A stretch of 64,000 nt of DNA from Malacoraja senta (Eukaryota). This document shows positions 12,108 to 23,587 of the stretch, in pieces. Within the stretch, counting starts at the first letter, position 1, and each line of letters begins with the position of its first letter. The notes beneath the pieces were generated by a model that was given only the letters and a program-made list of their open reading frames with translations, searched no databases and was not told where the DNA came from. The DNA is taken from contig CM075988.1 in the NCBI GenBank assembly GCA_038087875.1, forward strand, positions 17,796,001-17,860,000, written 5' to 3'. A program made the translations under genes and the position numbers.

Positions 12108-13803
12108 GTAAGTTGCTGCTTTGTATCTACTTTAGTATGAGAATAAATATTCTTCCTTCAAACAGTTAATCCAAAATCCACCTGGATTTTTGTCCCACAT
12201 TTATTTGCTGGATCTCTGAAACCAAGCGCAAACTGGCTGGTCGCTGCATTCGTATGACATTTGTGAACAATTAAAATTAATGCTTATCGAAAGTTGTGTG
12301 CATCACAATCTGCACATTTAACATCCCTGAAGGGTATGGAAAAATTGTGCAGTGCTCAGTATGCCCAATAAAATGGGATGAGCAAGTTCTGTGATTCAAC
12401 ATTCTGAAACTAACCCGTAGTTGGAAAAAACTCTGAAAACCCGTGAGAAGATTGTGAATGGGACTAAAACCATTGCCGTGACATTTGGAATAGTCTCTGG
12501 TAGATGAAATTATAATTGTTCAGGAGTAGAAATCTTGTGACAAATTTGACGTGCTGAAATTGTCCATTTTGTCTCTTATCTCACCCACTGTTTCAGCAGA
12601 TTGAACATTTAAAAACCTACTGATTTGAGAAAAGCCTCAGTTAATATTCACGTTGGGGATGGTGAATTTTGTACTGTAGTTTATACTGTCTTCTAGAATG
12701 GGTTGTGCCTCTAAGGAGGATTGCAAGGAAAACAGTAGGTTTTCAGTTAAGATACAAGTGCATTCTTAATAGTACATTTGAACGTGTAAGATCGTGACTC
12801 ACAAATCTGTGTTTTTACAAGGAGGTAATTGTGGTCAATGTATATTCCTCCAACTTCACTCGACAAAGTCCAAAGTTAACGAATATATTAAGTGACGTCT
12901 CATTGACATTGACTTCTCTAACTTCAAGTAACCCTTGCTTTCCATCTCTCTCCATCCCTCCCCAGTTCGCCGACCAGTCTTATTGTCTCAAAATACATGT
13001 TATCTCTGTTTGCTTTGTCGTTACCTTCTCCCAGCTAACAATGATCTATTCTACTTTTTCCTTGATCTCCATTCCCTTAGCCCTGTTTTCACACCTTAAT
13101 ACTTGCTTATTTATGTATCTCCCCCACCCCCCAACAGTCTGAAGAAGGGTCTCGATCCAAAACATCACCAATTACTTCTCTCCAGAGATGCTGCCTGTCC
13201 CGCTGAGTTACTCCAGCATTTTGTATCTATCTTCGTTTTAAACCAGCATCTGCACTTCCTTCAAACACATTATTCTATGGGTCCTCTTCTACCCATATTT
13301 TGTTATGTTGCAGTAATTCATGGGTTGTGTTTGTTGTAGAGTAACACCATGACATTGCAACTGTTGGTGTTGAAATGTGTGTGGAAATGGCTGGTTAGAC
13401 TATGGAAAGTTCCTTCCACGCAGATGACGGGTGTAGAGATGTAACATACTAAACTAGGATGCGTACCATTTTAAAACAATCTGATATTGCAAGAAGAACA
13501 AATTAGATTTTTTATTTTTTGTCTTGAATAATTTTGTGGTGTTCTATCTCAAGTAATGTAGCAGGTTCTGGGCAGGTGCCAATGTGTAGGGGCTGAATAA
13601 TGGGCTCCATTAACCATTAGCTGAAAATTTAAAATTTGGGGCAAAAATTACAAGGATGTAGAAAGAGAATGGTGATGATCCAGAACTCCCTGCTTGTGGG
13701 TGATGGACTCAGGATCAATCAAGGCTTTCAAAAGTGAGAGGAAAAGCTAGTTCAGTAAGAATATTTTGAAAGGTTATGGGAAAAGAGCAAGACTAATAGA
13801 GTT

Positions 13804-14000
13804 AGACACAAAAAGCTGGAGTAACTCAGCGGGTTAGGCAGATTCTCTGGAGAAAAGGAATACGTGACATTTCAGTCTGAAGAAGGGTCGCAACCCGAAA
13901 TGTCACCTATTCCTTTTCTCCAGAGATGCTGCCTGGCCTGCTCAGTTACTCCAGCTTTCCTTCTATCCTTCATGTAAACCAGCATCTGCAGTTCCTTCCT
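13804..14000. repeat. Inverted pair of the Penelope-type repeat in the last PPP2R1B intron
   Basis: aaagctggagtaactcagc...ggagaaaaggaatacgtgacatttc is followed by gaaatgtcacctattccttttctcc...gttactccagcttt, its reverse complement. Confidence 0.85.
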
Positions 14001-14403
14001 ACGCTAATACTGGGGAAACAGTGTAAACTCCACGGCCTGCTCCTGTGTTGTAATAATTCTGTGTTTCTGCATCAGATATCAGAGGCTGTTATAAAGTTTC
14101 CAACGTTTTCCATTTTCAATATTTCACTTCAAAGGGGCAGATAAAATATTTTGTGCTTTCAAAGTAAATAGTTTGCAGAAACTACTAGGTTTTAATGAAA
14201 GAGTATATAATGGTTGATGATTAAATAGTGAATTTGCCTGTAATGTACAAGAAATGTCCACACAAAAGCAATAACACCCCATTGCTAGAATTCCACCACA
14301 TAGTTTCCTTTGAAAAGTCTGATAGACTGTACATTTTGATGACTATCTTTACCCTGAACATTAACATTTTGTTGTGTTTTAATATCTAATCTTTTTTTCC
14401 TAG

Positions 14404-14420
14404 TGCTTGCTTTGTCATAG
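14404..14420 (+). CDS. PPP2R1B: PP2A scaffold subunit A (beta-like), terminal coding exon (V)LALS-stop
   Basis: Acceptor ctaatctttttttcctAG ends at 14403. G|TG CTT GCT TTG TCA TAG gives VLALS*, matching the VLALA/VLSLA C-terminus of vertebrate A subunits. Confidence 0.92.
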
Positions 14421-15079
14421 AAAGGGGAGATGAAGAAATATATCTCCATACTTACCGTGAGATCCACCGCTGGTGCTGACGTCATTGAAAACCTTACTTC
14501 ACTACTTCCTACCCTGGAAAATGTAAATGCATCGTTGGTAGTGTCACTGGATTGTAGCTGCATTGGGGATTCAGGCTTCTGCAATCTTGCTGCTGTCTAC
14601 ATTTGGCATGAGTGTGATTTACATTTATTTATTTTCATTGATTGTAGTGTACCCAGTGGCATCATGTATCTAAAGTGTTTAGGTGTTAACTGTGTCAGAA
14701 AATGGGTGTGTGGTTGTTCATCTGGGTAACCCGACCATGTTACGTATGTAACCACTGCTTTCTCAGTAGTCACTTGTATCCGTGTTTGCCAGCATGTTTT
14801 CTCCTCTCCCAAAAACTCTTGGATGCATCCCAGTGTTCAATTGCAAATATTAGTAGTGAAAGAGAATATTCTAGAAATGAATGTTGGTTATGTTGTGTTT
14901 AGATTGGAACAAAAATGAAGGGGTTCACTCGAGATGTTAATTGCTGAATGACATGCTGCACACGTTGACTGTTCTTGATTTTCCTTTACCATTAATCATT
15001 TCTAACCGTATAAATGAACATTTGCAGTTTCCTTGTTAAATTAGACAACTTTGGAATAGCCCTTGCTTCAACTGTTTTA

Positions 15080-15085
15080 AATAAA
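15080..15085 (+). terminator. proximal candidate polyadenylation signal AATAAA
   Basis: Exact hexamer within the 3' UTR; the downstream element is weak. Confidence 0.4.
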
Positions 15086-15502
15086 TGTAAATGAAAGTCT
15101 CATCTTGACCATACTCATTTCAATGACTTAACAGCAGTGCCAACGAATGTTGTGGCTACCTGTAGAATGTAGAACAATACAGTTCTTTAGTTGTAACCTA
15201 TAGTTCTGTAGTGTTCCCCACTCTTGGGCTGCTTTGCTTTATCAGGTTTGTCAGTTTTGCTCTGAAGCTGCTTGATCCCCACCCTGAACAGGTCCACGTT
15301 TGGATATTGCCATTCCAGTAAGAGTTGGTCAGGGTTGGAATCCTGCTTCAACTTTGCAAATCATGTAATTTAATGTTTAAATTGCTTTCAACATGGACCT
15401 TTTCAAACAAATTTAGATCGTGTTAGATTGATTTACCTGTTTATCAGTGGATGTTTTGCCTCTAATTTGTATATTTTACATTATTGTTTTGACTGATTCC
15501 CA

Positions 15503-15508
15503 AATAAA
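15503..15508 (+). terminator. distal polyadenylation signal AATAAA
   Basis: Exact hexamer with U-rich/TGTA sequence upstream and ctttgtgtgtggg about 16 nt downstream. Confidence 0.65.
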
Positions 15509-17787
15509 GTGGATAAAGACAAACTTTGTGTGTGGGAAATGTAGAGATCTGCAAAATTAGCTTCAGAGAGAAGGGTACAGATGGTAAGTGGGGAAATCAA
15601 AGGGATGCAAATTGTGGAATCTGTCAAGGAAAGTGAAACAGGAGGATATGATGTTTCTACCCCAGCCTGTTCTCATCTATTCGCCATCCCCCCGCCTCCA
15701 TGTTTCACTCCCAACCTTTTTTCCCATCAGATTCCGCCATTTTCACCCCTTTGTCTTTGCTTATTGCCTCCAGCCTCTATCACTATCTCCACCCTTTCTC
15801 CCCACCTGACGCATCTGTCAAGCAATCCTTCTTCCTGGAAGGGTTTCGGCCGGAAACGTTGCCTATTTCCTTCGCTCCATAGATGCTGCTGCACCCGCTG
15901 AGTTTCTCCAGCATTTTTGTGTACCTTCGATTTTCCAGCATCTGCAGTTCCTTCTTAACTCTTACCACCTATTACTTGCCAGCTCTTGCCCCACCCTCAC
16001 CTCTCTATAAGCATTTTCCCTCCACTCCATCAATCTGAGGAAGGGGTCCTGACCTGAAACATCATCTGATCATTCCCTCCACAGGTGCTGACTGACCTGC
16101 TGAGTTCCTACAACCTTTTTTTTTTTTTCCTTAGTTGATATCCTTGTCTCCTTCTTTCCTTCCTTCCCTAAATGCTCACAACTTGTGCTTTAAATGGGTG
16201 GTCTTAAATTTATGTAATCTTGTTAAATTATACCTTGAATAGAAATCTCAAACTTGATCCCAGTGGTAGCTAGCAGCATAAACAAAATACTAAGAAATTC
16301 TAGACTACAATGGATATCATAGATTTCATGCAGACTGCATTCCAGGTTACTTTGCAATTTAATATCCCTTGAGCAGCAGCATGTGAAGGATTAGATGGAG
16401 TGATATTGAAGTGTGGTAGAAAAATAATGGTGTTTCATCATTGCCTTCGCCTGCTATCCATTCTCATTCACCAGAAGTGGTCATTATTGTGCAATAAGAG
16501 CAACTTGGTCAAGAATAAATTTCAGCTGATACTTGAGATGGACAATGAAAAATGGCAAAATTATAGGTTGCAGGGAGACGTAATAGAGAAGTATATAAAA
16601 TTATGAGGCATAGATATGTTAGACAGTCAATCTATTTCCCAGTATGGAAATATCAAATAGTAGAGAGTATGGTTTTAAGGTGAGAGGGATAAAGATAAAG
16701 GAGATGTGAGGAACACTTATTTTTTACAGAGGGTGGTGACTGCTTGGAACGTGTTACAAGAGGTGCTGGTGGAAACGGATATGATAGTGGCATTTAAGAT
16801 AATTTTTTGATAGGCACATGAATATGCAGGTAATTAAGTGGTGTGGATTATGTACAGGTAGATGAGGGTTGGTCTTGGCGTCATGTTTAGCACAGATCTT
16901 GTGGGCCGAAGGGTCTGTTTGTTCATGTGTGTCAATGAGCCCCACATTATGTGATGAAATAAATACAAAATATTTTCCCTTGTTGGAAATATTAAAGAAT
17001 AAAGGGCATAGCTTTTAAGGTGAAAAGGAAATGTTTGAAGGGCATGTGCGAGACAAACCTTTTTACATACAGGGTGGTGGGTGCCTGGACTGCTGTTTTG
17101 TGATGACTTGGGCATAAACGTAGATGGATTTGTAAGTTTGCAGGTGACACCAAGATTGCTGGGGTTGCAGACGTAAAGAAGGGTGTCGAGGCAACAGCGG
17201 GCTGTAGATCAGCTACAAAAATGGATGTTTACTTGTCCTATTTGGCGCATAACCTAAATCTTTGTATTCATGTACTGTCTAAATGTCCGACATTCATGTT
17301 TCTAATGTTTCCCTCTGGGCAGCTCATTCATGTACCCACCACCCTGTGGGAAATAGTGCCCTTCAGGCCTCTGGTATTTGTTTCATCCCAAGAACCTACA
17401 CCGTTTTCTATACCTTCTCTACCCTATATACTTTTTCTTGATCAGATCCTCAGTAATCTTCATCAAACAGGAATCTCTGATCTTGCCAGTCTGGCCTTCA
17501 CTCTTAACAGGAATATGCTGGTCCTGGACACACACTCAGAGAGTCGATAGAATCTCTTTCTCCCTCCCTCCCTCCCTTTCCACTCCAGAACTCATTGTCA
17601 ATTTTTGATTTTACTTTAATGTTGTGGTTTCATACGAAATAAAGTTGAATTGGAAAATCAGCAGCTAAAGGTGCATATCCTGTTTACTGCCAGAGGCTTA
17701 TCTAAATCATCCAGTCAAACAAAGAAACCAAAATATAAATCAGAATCCGGTTGCAATGATATGGAACGGCCAGGTTAAAGTGTGCTC

Positions 17788-17807
17788 GAGAGAGAGAGAG
17801 AGAGAGA
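17788..17807. repeat. (GA)n microsatellite
   Basis: Direct reading. Confidence 0.9.
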
Positions 17808-18109
17808 AGAACACAGTCCACTCCTCAACCCTCCCCAAAATCATTGAACTAAAACAATCACCATGCACAACTGCTGGGTTCACTAATACCACTTTTAAGG
17901 TGTACGAACCATGATTCTGGCAACTTTTACTCTACAAGTGAAGCATGATACCATTCAAACCTAGTCAGTGAATTATTGACTCAGCTACATCTGTTACCAA
18001 CTGTAATCGCAACTTCATAAGGTTTAAGGTAGTTTGAATAAGAATAAGTCAGACCTTGGGGGTGGGGAAGTACTAAATTGGGGTATGGCAGATTACATGA
18101 TTAGGCAAT

Positions 18110-18865
18110 GGTTCAATGGTCCTTTATTGTCATGTGTACCGAGGTACAGTGAAATTTGATTTACCATACAGTCATACCAAAAATGCAACAAGATACAAAA
18201 CGACATAAAGATTAAACATAAACAGTCCCCACAGCTGTGTGTGAGAATCCCTAGGGCACACAGCATAAGCAGAGACCCACAGCCATCAGTTCAATGTCCG
18301 GACCACACACACGCCCCTTCACCATGATGTGACCAGAGTTGTACTGACTGCTGTCACTCTCTGTTATCCCTGTCCCGCCCAAACAGTCAGAAAGCCGTCC
18401 ACACTCGCACCGGACTCCAGGATGTTCTCATGGCGCGAATGTCCCTACAAACACCGAGATCACTGTACTCACGGCAATCCCTCCGAGTCCCCGCCAGCGG
18501 AGGCAGCACGTCCATCTTGTTTTTTGGCGACTTCACATTCCCACTGTGATGGAAGGCAAATAACTTTTTACCTTCTTCCTCCTTCTCCCACGGGTTGGCG
18601 ATCGAGGCGGTCGAAACTCCTGCGGTTGGAGCCCCTGAATTCGGTCCTTAACAAAGGGACTTGCCAGCTCCACGATGTTAGGCAGAAGTGTGGACACAGA
18701 TACGATATGGAAAAAGTCGCATCTCCGTCGAGGGAAGAGGTAAAAAAAAGTTGCCTCCAACCCTCCACATAATACACTAAAGATTCACTGAAACATACAA
18801 ATAAAACAGACTAAAAACAACCAAAGAAGAAAGGGATGAGACAGGCTGCTGGCGAGGCTGCCACT
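18110..18865 (-). mobile_element. Non-autonomous retroelement with a LINE-type 3' end, apparently interrupted at about 18236-18531
   Basis: Starts with tttattgtcatgtgtaccgaggtacagtgaaa, the reverse complement of the ...ttcactgtacctcggtacacgtgacaataaa tail seen at about 34170, 35080 and 54150. Confidence 0.55.
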
Positions 18866-19305
18866 TACGGTGGAAGGAGCTAGGGATAGAAAATTGGAGC
18901 ATTTGTTATTGGGAAAGTATTGGACATGTAGGAGTTAACGAGGCTAGCAGATCAGAGTTCAGACCGGCATGTTCCAGTAAGGAAGATGGACAAGCATGAC
19001 AAGGTATGGGAACTTTGGATGACCTGAGAGAAATTTAGCCAAAAAGAAAAATGAAGCAAATGTAAGGTGAGATGAAAATCAGAGACAGGGCTTAGGAGAA
19101 TATAATGCAAGCAGGAAGAATGCAGGCGGGTGATTGTAAGGGTCAAAAGGGACCCTGAAATGTAATTGACAAGTCAGAGTAAAGAAAATTCTAAGGCTTT
19201 TATATGTACATTGAACGACGATTAATTGGGGAGAAGGTAGTGATGCCACAAAAAATAAGGAGGGAAGTTGGGATTCAGAGAATGTAAGATGTGGAGCTAT
19301 GAAGT

Positions 19306-19505
19306 NNNNNNNNNNNNNNNNNNNNNNNNNNNNNNNNNNNNNNNNNNNNNNNNNNNNNNNNNNNNNNNNNNNNNNNNNNNNNNNNNNNNNNNNNNNNNNN
19401 NNNNNNNNNNNNNNNNNNNNNNNNNNNNNNNNNNNNNNNNNNNNNNNNNNNNNNNNNNNNNNNNNNNNNNNNNNNNNNNNNNNNNNNNNNNNNNNNNNNN
19501 NNNNN
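19306..19505. other. Assembly gap of 200 N
   Basis: Run of N. A round length suggests a placeholder of unknown true size. Confidence 0.99.
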
Positions 19506-19964
19506 CCTCCAACCACAGTACATTAGCCCTATCCACCACACTAGTGACAATTTACACTTTTTAACCAAACCCAATTAACCAACAATCCTGAGGAAGTAGA
19601 GGAGTGGTGTGCTTTCTTGGCCATTGTTTCAAACTGGACAAATTGCTGGTGATATTTACTCTTAAGAAATTGAAGGTTTTAACAATGACCAAATTAAAGT
19701 GGGTAGTTGAGTGAACTCTGAACATGAAAGATTGCTCTGGCTGTCTTTAGTGGCCCCAAGTAGTGCCAGGCAGTAGCGTGACATATCTCGATCCCTCCCA
19801 CAGAATCCATCGATAGCTAAACAGATGGTCCCGCTTCTATTACACTCATTTACAAGCAGCTCTTGGGTGTGATCTTCCCTCGATGTTCTGAGGTCTGCGT
19901 CAACCACGATTAGTCATAACAGGGAAGATATTAGCAACTGATCCTGCCTTTCCTGCCTGTGTTA

Positions 19965-20310
19965 AAGGCCTAGATAGAGTGGATGTGGAGAGGATGTGTC
20001 CACTAGTGGGAGTGTCCAGGACCAGAGGTCATAACCTCAGAATTAAAGGACATTCCTTTAGGAAGATGAGGAGGAATTTATTGAGTCAGAGGGTGGAGAA
20101 TCTGTGGAATTCATTGCCACAGAAGGCTGTGGAGGCCATCAATGGATATTTTTGAGGCAGAGATAGATAGATTCTTGATTAGAACAAGGGTTATGGGGAG
20201 AAGGCAAGAGAAATGGGTTAAGAGGGAGAGATAGATCAGCCATAATTTAATGGCGGAATAGACATGATGGGCCGAATGGTCTCATTCTGACCTATCACAT
20301 AAACTTATGA
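19965..20310 (+). mobile_element. CR1/HER1-like LINE 3' end
   Basis: Encodes the degenerate RVENLWNSLPQKAVEA motif, followed by a 3' UTR with gggccgaatgg. Confidence 0.8.
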
Positions 20311-21849
20311 ACATGATATTCTACTGCTCAGCGACCAACACAGACAACTACACAGACATGTGCTGTTCATACATTTCACATATCATCATTCTGCTGTGCT
20401 TTGCGGAAGGTTCTGGAACGTGAACAGCACAGACACAATCTCATTCCCACTGCTACTTGTCAGTTAATCTTGCACCATTAAGACCTATCGAGGCAAGATA
20501 TCAGGACCATAAAATTCCTGTTGATAGTTTGAATAGAAAATTTGTCTTCTAATTACAATATAAAGTGTGTTGCAAATTCCCAGTCTTACAATATTAAACA
20601 TTACAAGATATGAACCTCTCTAAGTAAAGCATAAACTTTTAATACATTTTAACTACATTTCATAATTGAACACTGTTAAAAAAAATTGATCCTGTTGGAT
20701 GTAAAACGTGATTACTGGAGCAGATCAATGTTATGAGCCAAAGAAACAGGTTGGGAGAGTCGAGAGTGTTTAATTATCTCCCGGAACAATGGAACAATGA
20801 CATTTATTACTTGCTGCAGCTTTACAGGTCCGTTAACGCAACGATGTGACAGATAAATACACAATATTCAATAATACAATAAATGATCTGTTATACTGGG
20901 TAGCCCGACTGTAATAGTGCAAACTGAAGTGTGCTGTGAGTGAAGCCTGTCACAAAGGCCGTAGTAGTTTGGTGTTGAGGTAGTTAATGTTGTGCAGCGT
21001 GGTTCAGGAGCCTGATGGTTGGTGGAAGAAATAAGTATGGATCGGACAGGTTGGGGGGATATGGGCCAAATGCCGGGAGGTGGGACTAATGTAGTTTAGT
21101 GTAGTGTAGTGCAGCTGGGACATGTTGGCTGATGTGGGCAAGTTGGGCCAGAAGGTCTGATTCCACGCGGTTTGACTCGATGACGCTAAGCTGTTCTTGA
21201 ACCTGGAGGTCACAGTTCTCAGGCTCTGGTGATCTGTTCACTGTGTTTGTTGAGATCAGGGTTGCCTGACTGTGGATCTATGTCCCTGCCACTGACTCAC
21301 AGGCTCTGTGCCTCCTTCACTCTCCGCCCTATTCATCTGAAGATCACACTTTAGGTTGGACTGCACCAAATGGGGAAGTTTAATTCCAGAGATCAAATTA
21401 AACTGAATGAATGAATTAATGAATACATTTTATTAGCCAAGTATGTATACATACAAAGAATTTGCCTTGGTGCTTTTCTCGCAAGTAACAACACGATATA
21501 CAGTAGAGAATTACAAATAAAACATTATATTTTAAACTTGTGAAGAATGAAATAAAATACCGGAGCACAGGAGGCTACAGACTTTTGGCTGTTGAGTAGA
21601 GCTACTGCTCGTGGTATACAGCTGTTTTCATGTCTGGCTGTGGCGGCTTTGACAGGATTGTTGCTGGTGATGCTGGAAAACAATCCAGTATCACCAGTGA
21701 CAACCATGAAAGTCTTTAAACTTTAGAGATACAGGGTGGAAATAGGCCCTTCAGCCCACCGAGTCCATGCCGACCGACAATCACCCTTCAAGCAACAGTG
21801 ATCCATATCCCTCTATTCCCAGCACATCCAAGTGCCTATCTACTTGCCA

Positions 21850-22560
21850 CCTGGCAGTGGATTCCAGGCACCCACCACCCTCTCTGTAAAAAAAACTTCA
21901 CCCGCACTTCTCTGAAACTTTGCCCCTCTCACCTTAAAGTTATGCTCTCTAGTATTTGACTTTTCAATTCTGGGAAAACGGTTTTGACTATCTACTATAT
22001 CTATGACTCTCATCATTTTATATCCTTCTATCAGGTCTCCCTTCAACCTCTGACACTCACGGTGGCGCAGCGGTAGAGTTGCTGCCTTGCAGCAAAATGA
22101 AGCGCCAGAGACCCGGGTTCGATCCCGACTACAGGTGCTGTCTGTATGGAGTTTGCATGTTCTCCCCGTGACCGCGTGGGTTTTCTCCGAGATCTTCGGT
22201 TTCCTCCCACACTCCAAAGACGTACATGTTTGTAGGTTAATTGGCTTGGTTAAAAATGTAAAATTGTCCAAGTTGGCGATATGCAGAGTACTGCCCTGCC
22301 GACTACAAAATTCAGAAGGTTCAGAAATAATCCAAGTCTGTCCAACCTCCCCCTGTAGCTAATACATCCTAATCCAGGCATAATTCTGGTAAACCTCCTC
22401 TTCACCCTCTCCAAAGCCACCACATCCTTTCTGTAATGGGGCGACCAGAACTGCATGCAATACTCCAAATGCAACCTAAGCGAAGCCCTGTAAAGCTGCA
22501 TCTTGACTCTTGTACTCGAATGTCCCAACTGATGAAGGCCAGCATATCATATGCCTTCTT
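21850..22560 (-). mobile_element. CR1/HER1-like LINE 3' fragment, interrupted by a SINE
   Basis: ORF 22250-22528 (LRLHLEYCMQFWSPHYRKDVVALERVKRRFTRIMPGL) continues after the SINE as RLKGDLIEGYKMMR...ERVVGAWNPLP. Confidence 0.9.
22054..22270 (+). mobile_element. HE1-like V-SINE nested in the CR1 LINE
   Basis: A box, perfect B box GGTTCGATCCC and V-domain. Confidence 0.9.
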
Positions 22561-22706
22561 TACCCATCCAGAGCCCCACAGCTGTTAGTGGGAGCTTTAA
22601 GCACATTCTCTACCATGTTTCCTACATTCCAATAATGAAGCCAGTGAGATACTTTTGATGTATGTCACAGACTGTAAAACATGATGCACAATGTTAGGAT
22701 GTTAAT

Positions 22707-23014
22707 GGTGTGGCATGGTGAAGCAGTGGTGGAGTTGCTGCCTGACAGCGCCAGAGACCCGGGTTCAATCCTGACTACGGGTGCTGACTGAACGGAGTTT
22801 GTACGTTCTCCCCGTGGCTACGTGGCTTTTCTCCGGGTGCTCCAGTTTTCTCCCACACTCCAAAGATGTACAGGTTTGTAGATTAATTGGCTTTGGTAAA
22901 GATTGTAAATTGCCCCTAGTATGTAGGATGGTGCTAGTGTACGGGGATCGCTGGTTGGCGCAGACCCGGTGGGCTGAAGGGCCTGTTTCGCGCTGTATCT
23001 CTGAACTAAACTAA
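22707..23014 (+). mobile_element. HE1-like V-SINE, full length
   Basis: tRNA head, V-domain, CR1-like tail gggctgaagggcctgtttc and (CTAAA)n. Confidence 0.9.
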
Positions 23015-23275
23015 ACGAATGGATTTGCACTAAGATTCAGATACTGGCGACTTCACAGATCAGAAGGCTAGTGAGTGACCATTGGATAGTGAAAAGTGAC
23101 TCCCTGAGTGTGTAGCAGTGGGAACAGATTAGAGCAAGACTCTATCAGGATTTATTCGGCAATGTTGTCGTTTTTCTGATGTTTGTAGTTTAATAATGTT
23201 GACTGAAGCATAAACATTGGCCAGACACCATGAGAAATTCCTCTCATTCAGGATTGGAGAAGGGTCCCGACCCAC

Positions 23276-23587
23276 GGGCACAGTGGCGCAGCAATACAGT
23301 TGCTGCCTCACAGCACCAGAGACCCAGGTTCGATCCTGACTACGGGTGCTGTCTGTACGGAGTTTGTACATTCTCCCCATGTTCTGCGTGGGTTTTCTCC
23401 GGGTGCTCCGGTTTCCTCCCACACTCCAAAGATGTACAGGTTTGTAGATATAATGACTTCTGTAAATTGTAAATTGTCCCTAGTGTGTGTCGGATAGTGT
23501 TCCTGTACGGGGATCGCTGGTCAGTGCAGACTCGGTGCACCGACGGGCCTGTTTCCACACTGAATCGCTAAACTAAACTCAACTAAA
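23276..23587 (+). mobile_element. HE1-like V-SINE, full length, inserted into a Penelope-type repeat
   Basis: Flanked on the left by gaagggtcccgaccc and on the right by aaacgtcacc, the two halves of the host motif. Confidence 0.9.

Larger units (their letters stand above)
14421..15525 (+). other. 3' UTR of PPP2R1B, about 1.1 kb
   Basis: Repeat-free AT/GT-rich sequence after the stop codon, ending at an AATAAA followed by a GT-rich element. Repeats resume just downstream. Confidence 0.7.

Noticed and set aside
6731..14420. Calling the gene PPP2R1A or a pseudogene
   Set aside because: Diagnostic residues (TNNL, TIVPK, EACG, KQML, GDQV, DMDVK, EAI, VLAL) favour the beta type, though a phylogeny is needed. 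Intact splice sites and high conservation argue against pseudogene decay.
19079..19574. ORFs spanning the run of X residues
   Set aside because: Artefacts of the N gap.
19751..19776. Possible alternative PPP2R1B last exon (ctttAG|TG GCC CCA... giving VAPSSARQ*)
   Set aside because: No similarity to support it, it is short enough to be chance, and it lies across the assembly gap.
22059..22130. tRNA-like sequences with A and B boxes (also at other SINE heads)
   Set aside because: They continue into the V-domain and LINE-like tail, so they are SINE heads rather than tRNA genes.
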